DNA from: Takakia lepidozioides
Taxonomy: Eukaryota > Plantae > Bryophyta
Direction: 5' to 3'
Length of the DNA stretch: 64,000 bases
Assembly (NCBI GenBank): GCA_030704615.1
Contig: CM060731.1
Coordinates: forward strand, 70,432,001 to 70,496,000
A program made the translations under genes and the position numbers. The notes beneath the pieces were generated by a model. It was not told where the DNA came from. It searched no databases and saw nothing but the letters and a program-made list of their open reading frames with translations. Shown here one piece after another: positions 1-12,754 of this stretch (position 1 is the first letter of the stretch; the number at the start of each line of letters is the position of its first letter).

Positions 1-1027
1 ACGCTGACTACAAAGGGAGGCAGGCAGTGGCAGGTCCTGCAGCTCCCACAAAGAGGCCGCCAGCTTCCGTGCGGATACTGGAGTGGGCCGCCCAGCTGCG
101 GCATGAGCAGCAGCAGCTGCTGCTATGCCATCATACAGCTGAGTGTTGAACACCTTCCAGCTGGGCACCGGCGTACTGGGGCCTGCCCGTCTGCCTGCCA
201 ATATCGCGCGCTTCACACGCAATCCCTGCGAGGGCCACCCTGCATCCAGCCCCCGCTTATTGCCTCCCTGCATGGTACCACCCCGCCTCGTTGCTGCATC
301 TGCTCTCCTGCACTTCTCTCTGCCCACAACTTCCCCCTCAACCCACCATCCTGCCCCACCCGACAAGACTAGCTTGCAGCCCAGGAGACTCACCACGTCT
401 GAAGCATCTTAAGCGTGGCATGGCTTGCACTGACAGTGAAGCTGGCTATGGCTGCCCTCTCCTCTCTCTCTCTCAACCCTGAGCAGTCTGGCACGTGTCA
501 GAAAGCATACACGGTATTCCCGCCACTACCCTCCCTCTCTTTCTCTCTCCCTCTCCCTCTTCCTTTTTGTCCTTAATTTCCAACACGTGCTCTTTTGACT
601 TGACCCCTGTCCTGAAGGAAGCTCAGCTTTGAAGTTTGGGCTTTCCTTCTTTCTCTCCCTCTGCTTCTCATCACACCCCAACAGAGAAGCTTGCAATCCA
701 TGCTGAGAGTTTGGTTTGGTTGAGACTTGAGACTCTATATAAGTTTAAGGTTGGAATAGTCCTTTAGTAACTAGAAGTAGCTTCTTTCCAGGAATGTGGT
801 CTTCCTTTTCAATGACATTCTGAATTCAGAGCATGTGACTGGAAGGGATTCCCTATCTTTTAGGCAAGTGGATGGGATGTTATCAGTCTTTTACAGGGGG
901 GTTTCAATGACACCCGGCCCTACCGAGTTCACGGTCATCTTTACCCCCTATAAACCACAGTTAAAGTGTGTTTAACATTCAGCAAACTTTGCAGAGCCTA
1001 CTGCTACAGAGGGCTTTGAGGACCCAA

Positions 1028-1110
1028 TGGAGGATTGCAGAATTGAACCCAGGATCACCCTGGTCATGCACGAGCAAGCCACGAGCACCCAACCACTGGC
1101 CTGCCTATAG
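1028..1110 (-). mobile_element. Possible tRNA-derived SINE head
   Basis: Minus strand has an A-box-like GGCCAGTGG (~1093-1101) and a B-box GGTTCAATTC (1040-1049) at tRNA-like spacing; no full cloverleaf seen. Confidence 0.4.
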
Positions 1111-1662
1111 AAACTGGGATTGCCATTCCCATTTTATCTACTTGACTTGACCAAGGCTTCGCCTTGCTCCGCACTACTAGCTACTACTTCTCATAACAAA
1201 GTCTACATACACGGGGTAAATTGAAGTTTTATGAAAAGATGAACATTTATTGGCTTTTCCCTATAAGGGAGAGACCACCCATTGGTGCCAAAAATGAGTA
1301 AGATCCTGATATACCTCCACTACATAGTACCTACATGAAGCACATAACCCTCCCCCACTTGAATGCTAGCTTGAATGTACCTTGATTGGATAAGACCCAT
1401 AAATGAAACCACAAAAAGGTGGCATAAGTACAAAATATTGGATGTTTTATGCAGAGTTTCATCTATTTTCGGACAGAAGGACACGGGTCGAAACGGATGA
1501 CAAAATCCCTTGTACCGATGAAGTTCGTTGAATGGACGTCATTTGTGGCGTTCAATACCCTAGAATGTCGAGGAGATGGAGAGAGGACTGCGGCAAGGCA
1601 AGGATGCTAGCAGTAAGGTTTGTATAGAGCATGGATAGCTTAAGGAGCAGGTGTAGAGTTTG

Positions 1663-2051
1663 GCTCATCCAAGAGGGCCGAATTTCAAGCTCAAGATTAC
1701 CTATGATTCCCTCTGGATCCATAGCTACAAGAAACCTGCATTGGTAGATGGTCAACTGGAAGTCGCAGCAGCAGCGGCACAATTGATAAATCAGGCACTG
1801 CTAATGAAGGTACCTTCTTCAACACATTTCACCCTGTTTTTTCCTCTTATCAGAATCGGCCCTAAAATTCCATGTTGAGTTCTAAAAATTAGCCGGTTGA
1901 GTGAATCTTTGATAATTTGGAGTGACTTTGACATGATATTGCCAACGTGACAACAAGAAAGTAAACAAAAACACGTAACATAGATGAGGAGTAGTTGTGG
2001 AATGAATACTTTTCTGATCCCAGTCAATGGTGGGACAACCAAGGCAAACCG
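1663..2051 (+). pseudogene. Orphan PDF-motif (OSB-type) exons: second-half exon followed by the first-half exon of the next motif
   Basis: 1666-1809 reads HPRGPNFKLKITYDSLWIHSYKKPALVDGQLE..., donor AAG|GTACC. 1986-2051 reads EE*LWNEYFSDPSQWWDNQGKP|GTGAAT. Highly similar to copies at 28.5-30.8 and 36.8-37.3 kb. Confidence 0.75.
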
Positions 2052-4420
2052 GTGAATGCCTGTTAGATTACAGAGAGTAGCAGACTCAATTCAGCATAGG
2101 AACTAGTGTGATAACCTGAGTTGGGTGTTTCCTAGAACAAATCTAGGTGCAACAATCTATGGTCAGTAAAGTTGCTAGGAACCATCTCTTTCTATCGAGG
2201 ATCTTTATTGGAAGGTGAGCGTGGCGACCTTTTCAAAATCATCTAGAGCAAGCTCCAGAGATGTTTTGCTATATGTGAGCAATTGCATACACCCTTTTCC
2301 ACTGGCTTCTCGTGAGGGTTCCAAAAGACGATGGCATACTTCACCAGATGTAACAACACCTTCATTTTCTTTTGGCACAATTTAGTCTTTGGTGGGGTCT
2401 GTGTCTACACATGGAGTAAACTGTGCCAACGAACCTGTGGTGAGCAAGGAGCCTGAGAGAGAACGCACCTCTAAGTGCCATTATCCGGAAGGCTGTTGCT
2501 GACCCAACGGTCGTCCCTGACAGGTCTCTTTTTCTCTAAGTCTTGATTCTCTAGTTGGTTTTGCACGCAAGTCAGGATGGGTCTTACGTACCTTGCCGGC
2601 ACTATGCCATAGCCAGCTCGGGCAGAATGGTTAGTGAGTACTTTTCTCTTGCATCTCTTGCTCAAGAAAGTCATTTGTGCGTATTCTGACTCCGTGCACA
2701 ATTTATTGCAGAGCGGACCCGGAGTGGCTTCTTGGTTTTCCACTTGGTGTAAATAAAGCTTTGCAGGGTTTCACACACTTAGTGAATTGTAAAGCAGAAA
2801 ACCTAACATCTTGCCAGAACCTGAGGTAAACGTCAGCACCCTGCCATGTTTTTCATCCCCTAAGTGCTTTGATCTTCTAGTCACAAATAGAATCGTTGTC
2901 CCTATTTTTCCTCTCTTTCTCTCAGTTTAATTTAATTTAATTTCTCTTAGTTTAATGAAGTTTTTATTCTTTTATTCTTTTAACTATTCCTGGTAAGCCT
3001 CCTGCGGTGATGAGTGCTCATTCTTCCCTGTTCATGCTGTTTCCCCTTGTCTGTTGCCGTGCATGTGAAGTGCAATATTTCAGTACATAACGATTTCAAT
3101 ATTTCAATATTTCAATCAAGATTTTCAGCAAGTATTTTAGTATCTCAACGAGTTCTTCAACAAGTATTTCAGTATCTCAGCTAGTTCTTCCATAAGTATT
3201 TCAATATTTCAGTTAATATTTCAACAAGCATTTTAATATTTTAATGATTAGTAAATCCAAAGATCAGTTTTATAATATCATACATCAATATTTAATTCAT
3301 ACATCAATAAGTTCTACCAGGGCCTCTATCCCCAACTTTATGAAGAAATAATTTTTTTTTCTTTTATTGCAAATCATGTTTAAAATATAGTATAAATATG
3401 TGATTATTTTATTTTAATATAACATTTTAAAGAGATTTTGTACTTAAGAGTTTTAGGGTGGAGCCATTACGCGACTAGCCGCTTGTTTCATTACATATTC
3501 ATTTGACTGGTGTAATTACCATTGTGGCTCAAATTTGTGGATTATGACAACCGAGCATACTGTGTTTGGATTTGGATTATGAATGTTGTTTATAGGCATG
3601 ATATTTTTTCATCCTCCAGATTTTTCTTGTGTGAATGCTCATCCAGTCAACGTCCTCGCCACCTAGTTGATGATTTCAGAAGCATGCCCTCGAACTAAAC
3701 TGTCACAAAAAACAGCCCATGGGGCCTGATTTTGTCTACTTGGGCTTGTAGCCTTCAATAGTTGGAAACTAGAACATAAACACCAAACTTATAGCAAAGG
3801 CACAAGGTATTTATGCCAGTTCCTTCTTAGATAACAAAGGGAACATGCAGCAAATGTGAGGAGAAAACCGATTGATTCAGAGTTTTGGGATCCAACCACT
3901 GCTTTCGAAAACTCACCTACTAGATTTGGTGTCAAGAGAAGTGCCCATTCTGAGCAAGTTTGAATCAAGAACGCACAACTGAAAAACTTCATTATTTTAC
4001 TTGCAAGAAGATAGCTCAACTGTCCGGCTCTTCATACTGGTGGATTGGGTAGATGTAAATCTTCTCCAGCTCATACTGGTGGACAATTAATGTAAAGCTT
4101 CTCCAGCTCATGGCGAGAGCAAAAGTTAGGTGTAAATGCTAACCCACATACTGGACACTCCTCTGCAAACAGAATCTTAGTCGACTACCAAAGCTTCCCA
4201 TTTATAGGGGATCTGCTGGTTGGAATAAACCTACCAACTTTTGTTACTGTACGTCAGGGCTCGGACCTATTCCAAGCAGCTCACAGGAAGCACAATATTA
4301 ACAGTCATATCTGATAGCTACAAGTTGTCTCTTTCAGCTTTACTATTCTTAACAAACTGTGGATAATTCATAATCTTTCTACCCTCACATTTGAAGCAAT
4401 GCAATTGAATGTTGCTCATT

Positions 4421-6826
4421 TCACCAGTAATCCCTGCAAGAACAAACCCCGTCTTGGAAGTGGTGAAAGTGGTTGGCATCCCGTATAACAATTGCTCGCC
4501 CAACTATCATTGGGATAAACTTAGTAGCCATGTGGAAGTCACCATACACTCGAAGGTTCTTGATAATTCGGATAGGAGTCCCCCTCCACATCATGCAATA
4601 CGAAGTGACTGTCAGGCACTTACCTGGCCTCCTTCATCTGCCCATACAAGCTCTCTAGCACAACACTAGGCCCACATGGCAACATGGAGAGACAAGAGAT
4701 ATAAAGTGACAGCATCTGGCTTAAAGGCTTCTTGTCACATTTGTTCAAAGGGATGGAAGGCCTCCCTACAACACCCATACTATCCTACAATCATCACACT
4801 CCATGAGACCACAGTTTGTATAGCCATGTTGTCCGCAGTGTGCATCATTCATGCTCCCGCATCTGGCATACATGTCAACGAGGGTAGATTCCAGATTTCT
4901 TTATGGAGCAATTTCAGCTTTGATGATGACAGAATGACCTCTTTGTCCTTTTCCAGGGCTCCAAGGCTGGCACATTCATTAAGAATACAAATGAATGTGA
5001 CCCTGTCAGGAGTCACCCCTTCTCCTTATTGAAATTCACTGTGTAGTTGATCCAATGAAATACATTGGTCTAGATTTTGAGTAGGACATGCCAGGTCATT
5101 TCATCCTGATCGGTGGCATTCCATCTTCGGTTCATTTTGAATTTGTTAGTTCCCGCCTTTCCTTTTGCTGGTTAGCTGCAAGTTAGTGTGACTGGATGAG
5201 GGCAAGGAATTGGCAGGGGTGGAAAAGTTTAATGGAAGTAACTTCCATTTGTGGAAATCCCAGATGCAATTCATCTTCAAGGCATGAGATTTTTGGAATG
5301 TGATGAATGGAAGAGATAAACTGAGCGATGTTGAGAACAAGGATGCATGGGAGCTGCGTGATAATAAAGCTGCAGTGTCCATATTGCATTCGATTGACAG
5401 AGAGCACATGGAACAATTGATTAATTGTATGACAACAACAGAGATGTGGGAGATGCTAAACATGATACATGAGCATATTGTAGAAGAAAACATAGCGCAT
5501 CTGCAAGAAATTTTTTACAAGTGTCATATGCAGGAGACTGATTCCATTTCTACCTACTGTAGTACCAGCTCTACTCTTGGTAGAAAGCTGAATGATCTTG
5601 GAGAGAAGATCAGCGAGAGTCAATTGTTGACAAAGATGAAGGTCGGCCTCCCACCTAGCTATGAGCCATTACTTTTGGCCTGGGATAATGTACCTGCATC
5701 AGAACAAACGTTGAAGTCGTTTCATGCAAGGCTGCTGAAGAGAGAGTCAGCCATCAGGAATAGAACTGCTATTACAGATGAAGAGAGTGACTGAGCATTC
5801 TTTGCAGGAAGAAGCGGTGGGAGTAGTAGTAGCAATCCGAAGCAGAAAGATCTGACGCCAGAACAAAGAAAAGAGAGGGCGCTTAAAATAGCAGAGCAGA
5901 ATAGGACATCAGATTGTCATAATAGTGGAGAAACCGGCCATTGGGCTAGAGAGTGTACCAATCCCACTAAGAAGAGAGATCATAAGAAGTATTCAAAGAG
6001 TCAGGCTAACATTACAGAGGTTGATGTTTTTGTTACTATCTCTGAGAAAATTAAGCTTTAGTCTTCAATGAAGAAGATAGTCAGACTCTGTCTATCATTG
6101 AGGGATCTGAAGAGGGCACAAGCACAGTCATCCTAGATGATTCTCACGACAATACTGATAATACTTCAGTAGAGAGTATGGTGAATTATGTGCATCTCAC
6201 CACAATAGATGATGCATGGTTTGCTGATACAACAGCATCCTAACACATGACGGACAAAAAACATTGGTTCACGAACCTTAAGCCTGTCAGATATGGGAGT
6301 TGGGGAGTCAGAGTTGCCACAGACAATACTTGATCCACTACTACATTAAGTGGGGGTATTGAAATTCACTGTGTAGTTGATCCAATGAAATACATTGGTC
6401 TAGATTGTGAGTAGGACATGCCAGGTCATTTCATCCTGATCGGTGGCGTTCCACTTTCGGTTCATTTTGAATTTGTTAGTTCCCGCTTTTACTTTTGCTG
6501 GTTAGCTACAAGTTAGTGTGACTGGATGCTTCATTGTCACCATGAAGTATATCTCTTTGTAAGAGAGACGTTCTTGCTGGCTTTTGTAATGTCCAGTATT
6601 CATATGATACACTGTAATGAAGACTTTCTTGATGTGTGCATATCACCTTTTAGTCTGATTTCAACACTCATTGCATTTGCTTGTAGAGATTGAAAGCCTC
6701 CTTACAACACCCATGCTGAGCATACCCTGCGATCATTGCACTCCATCAAACCACATCTCGCTTAGTTATTCTGTCGAATGCTTGACGTGAATTCTTCATG
6801 CTCCCGCATTTGGCATACATGCCAGC
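4421..6826 (-). pseudogene. PLS-PPR-DYW pseudogene, internally deleted and interrupted by a Copia element
   Basis: Minus strand ends ...[53 protein letters not shown] (stop 4421-4423). Degenerate P/L/S motifs at 4680-5026 and 6667-6826 rejoin when 5027-6666 is removed. Confidence 0.85.
5027..6666 (+). mobile_element. Internally deleted Ty1/Copia LTR retrotransposon
   Basis: 172-bp direct repeat 5027-5198 / 6357-6528; 3' LTR 6357-6666 with termini TATTGAAAT...ATTTCAACA; PPT AAGTGGGGG before 6357; TSD CTCCT/CTCAT (4/5). Gag (EKFNGSNFHLWK; ORF 5300-5794), zinc knuckle CHNSGETGHWAREC (~5915), protease WFADTTAS*HMT (~6218). No RT/IN. Confidence 0.9.
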
Positions 6827-7300
6827 AAGCGCGCGTGCGAGCTTGACAACCTTGGAGAAAACCACCAGGATAGAGCTGAGCAGCCACAGTTTTAACACAA
6901 CTTTGTAAGACTAAACGTAACCACAGCTTTGTGAAACTAAACGGAATCGCCAACCCGCACGCTCAAGTATCTTGCAAGTTCCAGGGAAAGATCATACTTT
7001 AATGCCATGCTTGGGAAGAAAACATTGCGATACGCACACGAAGAGTCGTTTATGAACATCCTCTACCTTGTGAAAGGGGGTTGTCATGGTCAGCTGGTAT
7101 GATGCCTCCCTCTTAGGTGTGCTTTGTTGCTTTATTTCAATGTATTCTATAGCGTAACTCTCCAATAATCTGTGATGATCGGCACCGATCATCACAAATA
7201 CTTGACTGATCAGTTTGTTGCATGCTTATGTTTTGAAGTGCCAATCTACAAACTTCCATTATTGTTTGTGTTTCGCACCCTAACCTTCAGTCTTTCGCAG

Positions 7301-8310
7301 ATGAGGATGTTCAAGGTGATCTGCCTGCGGAGGATTCGCACCTCAAAGACACCATCCTCCATCCGCAGCTTCAAGATTTTTGACCAAGGGTGTTTCATCA
7401 ATCCCCCGTATGAGCCGTATGTCGATGACATTTTGTATAACTTCATGCAGCCCAGTCAGACTATCAAAAGACCAGATGGCACTCCCTGGAGAGGTGCAAA
7501 GGAAAAAACCCCAGCGTTCTTGTAGACAGTGATGGAGTCATGCAGCCACGATTCTGCACGGGTGGTCGACCTCTCGGTATCCACAGGTTCGTTTTCTTTC
7601 ACCATTTTCATCTTCGCTAATCCCCCCTACAAGCTGTTCATGTCCTCCTGTCTGTTGTAGGAAGAACTTACCATGCGTGCAAGGCAGGCGGAAGATCCTT
7701 TTTTGGCATGGAGGGTGACTCTGACCTATATAAGACTGTGCTCCTCCCCCTTTTGTCTGGCTCTATATCAGGCACACAAACTGAAACGATTCAAATCCGA
7801 AATGATGAGGATCACGAGGATAAGCAGGTCCACAACGACTTTTCAAGTGAGTAAATTTGCAATGGAATTGTCATTCCACTTTGGGTGCCCTTTTCAATCA
7901 CAGATATCAAATTTGCAGTATTAACGTTTTTCTTGCTGTGACTTGCAGGAAAGGCAGCAGTGGATCTTCGGGAGACACCCCCATTTGTGGCGAGACTATT
8001 TTCGACAGCTCCCTTTCCACTTTTGTGCTTCTTGTGTATGCCGAAGCAATGGCACTTCAAATGGCCGAGGCTCTCTCCCCTGACTTTTTATTGCCCGACC
8101 GCAGGTGTAGCCATCGTAGATCCGGAGTTTTAACATACTTGGACTTGCAGATGACGGTATGATACATTGTACTGACTCTGAATCATACTAAACTACGTAT
8201 TTTTAATGTTCTGTTCTCATCTTCTTCGTAAAAGATTGAATTCCTCTACTTTATTGCAGATGTTCCGGCAAAAAGAAAAAGGAACAAAAAATCCACTCAG
8301 AATGAAATGA
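7301..8310 (+). pseudogene. Spliced, degenerate N4/N6 DNA amino-methyltransferase-like gene fragment
   Basis: Exon 7301-7586, GT-AG intron 7587-7660 and the next exon give ...PWRGAKEKTPAFL*TVMESCSHDSARVVDLSVSTGRTYHACKAGGRSFFGMEGDSDLYK, resembling the C-terminal motif X/I/II region of class-beta MTases. Further AG/GT-bounded exons to ~8310. Confidence 0.5.
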
Positions 8311-8356
8311 CAATCTTCATGAATCCATCCCACAAACACCACAACCTTATGTCAAA

Positions 8357-8690
8357 TCCATTGTGCATTCATCTACACTCTATTCATGCATCCTCCATTC
8401 ATAAATGTTTTCCATTATTCAACATCCATTGTACATTCATCCACTGCACTCTATCCATCTTACAAACCCCACGCACTCATGTCATATATATTGTGCATTC
8501 ATATACTGTGTATGAATGCATCCTCCATTCATGAATGTTTTCCATTATTCAACATCCATTGTACATTCATCAATTATACATTCATCCATTATACTCTCAT
8601 CCATCTCTTTTTCATCCATCTATTTATATTGTTCGCACTCATCTATCAATGTTTCATCCACTCTACATTCATCCATCCTGCGTTCATCTG
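8357..8690 (+). repeat. Low-complexity TTCATCCA-type repeat with a ~130-bp internal duplication
   Basis: ATGCATCCTCCATTCAT...TGTTTTCCATTATTCAACATCCATTGTACATTCATC at 8386 and 8516; many TTCATCCA units. Confidence 0.75.
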
Positions 8691-10624
8691 TTGATTTCAG
8701 GTGGGAATGACCACATCCTTTTAATATGTCATCCAACTTGTTTCCGCGGTTAAGGGTGCACTTCCACGGAAATACACTCCACTTCTTCCTTTGCTTTGCT
8801 GTGGCGTTTAACCGCGATGATGTGGAGTGAGATTGGTGATGTGGCGTGGGCGCAAGGTGACATGCCGTGAGCGCAGCTGCGCTCGCGACCAGGCTCACTC
8901 CGAGGCATCCCCGTGTGGTCCTTGGTGGATGTCGGGTTGAGGGCACTCAACAGTGAATTATCCGAGTTCTGAACGGATGGGTGCTTGATTTCAAGCCTTA
9001 CAGTCTCTTTCTCCGTCAAGCTGCATCATCAGCATGCTCCTCCTGAGATTCCAGATCGTGGAAGGTACTAGAGGTCAGGAACATTTCAGCCAGCCTGACT
9101 TTAGGTCTTACGATCTGTCTTTTCTTTGCATATTTCTACTGCCCCATGAGTCTATGGTGATGAGTCTTTCTTCTTTCTCAGACAGCAACATCCTCATGGC
9201 TTCCTGAAATTCAAGAGCAAAAAGTTTGGGAGAATTTGTAAGGGACGAGAGTTCAAGTACTGGGGGTTGCACATTTGAGCGGCCCTCATTCCAATCTTTC
9301 TTTATCTCTCTCAGACTGCAACATCAACGTGGTCTTCCTGAGATCCAAAAGCGAAACAAGTAAAGAGTATGCGCGAGGTAGTAGATTCTGGCATTCAACT
9401 GCGCTCATCACACGTGCAAATTAGTATCATGGACCAACATAAATCACGATCCAAAATCTTCTTTTAGAAAATTTACGAACGAGTGGAACATGTTTAGGGT
9501 CCAGCAGAGGGTTGGTGACTCTATGGGACAATATAGAACAGAGCAGATAAGTTATGGTGCTTCAATCTACCTATAAAGGTGCACACATCCGGTCCCTGTT
9601 TAAGAACCATCAAACTTTGAATCTCAGTGCCAGAAGAAAGTGCATGTAGCATTCTATGTGATATTGAATTCTCATGGACTTTCTTTCAAACTAAAACAGT
9701 TCAAATTCTGAAGACATGACCCAAAACGCATGCGTAATACTACAGGTGGTAGAGTAAAGGAGATGAAGACCTGCAGATCTCAATAATCTATCCAAACTGC
9801 ACCTGAAAACCTGTTGGACCTTTAGTTAAGTGCTAAATATTGGACACTCAGTTTGAGATTATAACGAGTTACAGAAAGTGGGAGAAAGAGAGAGTTCTTA
9901 CTGTGTAGCGGTAGGGTTTAAACTTGTGGGACTCCCGAAATGCAGAGGGATCATAAAGCACAGATATCAGGGATGGGAAGATTTTCCAGCCCTTTGGGAT
10001 TATGTAGCCTGTACATGCCACCCAACAGCAAGAGTGTGGGTTACACCACCAATTGTTATATCCTTCAGGACTTCATGTACAATATTTGCTTGACCAATGC
10101 CTGTGGTTGATACCATTGGAGGCCTCACTGCAGACAATTTGAAAGACAGTTTTTATGTAGTCCAGAATTCCCAAGTGTCTGCAGCCCTATGAGCACCATG
10201 AGGTTCACACCACATACCTCAAGGGCAATGTTGCGATAACCATACACAAATGTAGGACCAAAGGGGTTGCTGACAGAGCCTTGAGTCTGGATTGCAGCTC
10301 CCTCCTTCCCCTAATATCTCCTGCAGCATCCACATTACCATGTATGTCCACAATTAAAACCCTGTCAGAAAAGAGCTTCCTGTATCTACTTACATCTGTT
10401 ACTCTGCCCTGACCCCATCTGGACAAGAAAAATGTGGAGCTGGACCGCTTCCCATCTTTACGGCCTAAGTTGATTTCTGGGCAAATGATTAAGGATCTTT
10501 GGAGCCTATAAGGGGATCACAAGAGATCACATGGAGGCAATGAAGTCAAGTGTGCCACTACAAGATGCAAGCCCTTTACCACAGGTTTGCTCCTACCCAT
10601 TTGATCTACCTCAAAGATCTGTTG

Positions 10625-11362
10625 AAATGCAGAATCACATCTGGTACAATTCCAGCTTTGGCGATGCAACCATGCACCTCTTTGCCCTTTTCCAGGGCTG
10701 CCAGGCTTGCACACGCACTGCAAACGCACACAAACGTGATGTGGTGGGGCTTCACCCCTTCCCCCATCATTTGCTCATAGGTCTCCAAAGCCTCCATCCC
10801 ACGCCCCTGCTGTGCGTACCCGGCAAGCATCGCGTTCCACGACACCACATCTCGTTCAGCCATAGTGTTGAAAACTCCCTTCATACATGTCCACGAGGGT
10901 ATTGTTCAGAATGACATTTTGTACAATTGCAGGTCTGACAATGTCGCCATGGACCTCTTCGCCCTTTTCCAGAGCTGCCAGGCTTGCACACGCATTGCAA
11001 ATGCACACAAATGTGATGTGGTCGGGCTTAACCCCTTCCCCCATCATTTGATCATAGGTATCCAAAGCCTCCATAACACGTCCCTGTTGTGCGTACCCTG
11101 CAAGCATCGCGTTCCACGACACCACATCTCGTTCAGCCATAGTGTTGAAAACTCCCTTCGCATCCTTAATGCACCCACATTTGGCATACAAGTCCACCAG
11201 GGCAGTGTTCAGAATGACATCTGGTACAATTCCAGCTTTGACGATGTCACCACGGACCTCTTTCCCCTTTTCCAGAGCTCCCAGACTTGCACACGCATTA
11301 CAAACAAATGTGATGTGGTTGGGCTTCACCCCTTCGCGCAACATTTGCTCCTAGGTCTCCAA
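10625..11362 (-). pseudogene. Frameshifted PLS-PPR fragment (about 2.5 triplets)
   Basis: ORFs 10856-11344 and 10606-10884 contain VDLYAKCG and VVSWNAMLAGYAQQG; frameshift near 10885. Same subfamily (GIVPDVILN, EQMMGEGVKP) as the CACTA cargo. Confidence 0.85.
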
Positions 11363-12754
11363 AGCGAAAATGACGACGATGACGTGGCGACGATGACGTG
11401 GAACTATGGCACCCTATTCACGCTCCATGGTAAATAAACTAGCTCTCGACCTTCGGTCGTCGCTAGATAGTATCCGACATCCGACCTTCAGTCATCGCTA
11501 GAATTGATCAATTGAAGCATGATGGCCTGGAGGATGGGAGCTCTTTCTCTTGCAAGGATTAGCATTGGCATAACAGTGTCTTCCACACTCTGATTGGTAA
11601 AACAGAGTTTGGGATTGGTAGTAACTCCTGTCTTCGCCTTTGCATATTGCTGACCTTTGCAGCTTCTCTTTTGATGCGATGTCAAAAGTCTGCAGAGAGT
11701 TGCGTTGAGTGCTTGTTATGAATAGTGAGGGGTACTAGCGCAGTGCCCAAGGTGTAACGTGTGCAGCAGAAGGTTGTACCTGCCCACAGAAGGAAGGCAC
11801 AGCGCTGGATTTGCAGTTTGCCATGGCATTCACGCTCAAGCGGTGTAGTCAAAATACAACGGGTGAAATCCATGGCGTGTGCCAGGAACTGCAAAATTCA
11901 ACTCAGTTTTAATTCTCTTCTATCGGACAACAGATTGAAGACCTCTTGATTCATCCTCGTGTACAGTAACTCCTATACAGTTTCACCTACCAGTATACAC
12001 ATTTGCAGGGCCTGATTTGTGTTGCATGGCCGTTTAGAGGTTAAGCTACCATTACCCTCCACCTGAAACTTCCGCCAGTACACACAACTGATCAGAAACA
12101 TTGAACCTACACAAAAGACACACTGATGGGGCAGATTCTCTCTCCTGCGTATGTTTCTCCTTATTCATTGATGATTGTCAAAGATGTACGTAGCCATAAA
12201 GTATTGCGGCTTCCTACGGGTGTACCAGCACTGTGATATATAAGTGAACCTGGAGGCGTAGGCCATCCTTCTCTCTCAGCTGCAACAAACATCCTAAGCG
12301 GGACGTAAGCTTCTCCAGCTCAAGGCATGCACCGCGAGTAACTGGTGCTTACCACCTCCCAATTTTGTGTGGAATTCCCATAAGGACTCCCTGGATTAGG
12401 CCACAACCTGCTTGAGGCTACCTCCATGTCAACCATTGGAGAAAATACCTACTCTGTTTGAGGCTCTCCTAACCATTCACATAGGCATCCACCTCGCCTC
12501 TAGGCACTGCAGTTTCCAAGCGAATAATTAGTGCCTGTGCAACATCCCATCAACAAGCTCCTTAGGTGTAAATCTCAATGCCCATGAGTTTAGGTGCAAC
12601 GACACGCTTCTGACCAGTCTTACCTTTGCAGAATAATATGCATGAATGAATCTTCTTTCAACTTCACTTTCAGCTGACAAGATTTTGCAACAAATTATTC
12701 CGCCCTTATGTTTGAAGCGGCACACTTCTGGCATGACTGTATGTTGCAGGTTTG

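Noticed and set aside
1-870. GC-rich short ORFs at the window start, and similar ones at 25.9-26.7 kb
   Set aside because: No recognisable domains; possibly LTR-derived, but boundaries could not be established.
7172-7195. Perfect hairpin GTGATGATCGG-CA-CCGATCATCAC as terminator or Helitron end
   Set aside because: No U-tract and no CTRR at the expected distance; function unsupported.
12700-12740. PEVCRFKHK downstream of gene 1 as another PDF motif
   Set aside because: No WWDN half or downstream W..P.W; the paralogous 3' flank at ~4390 does not keep it.
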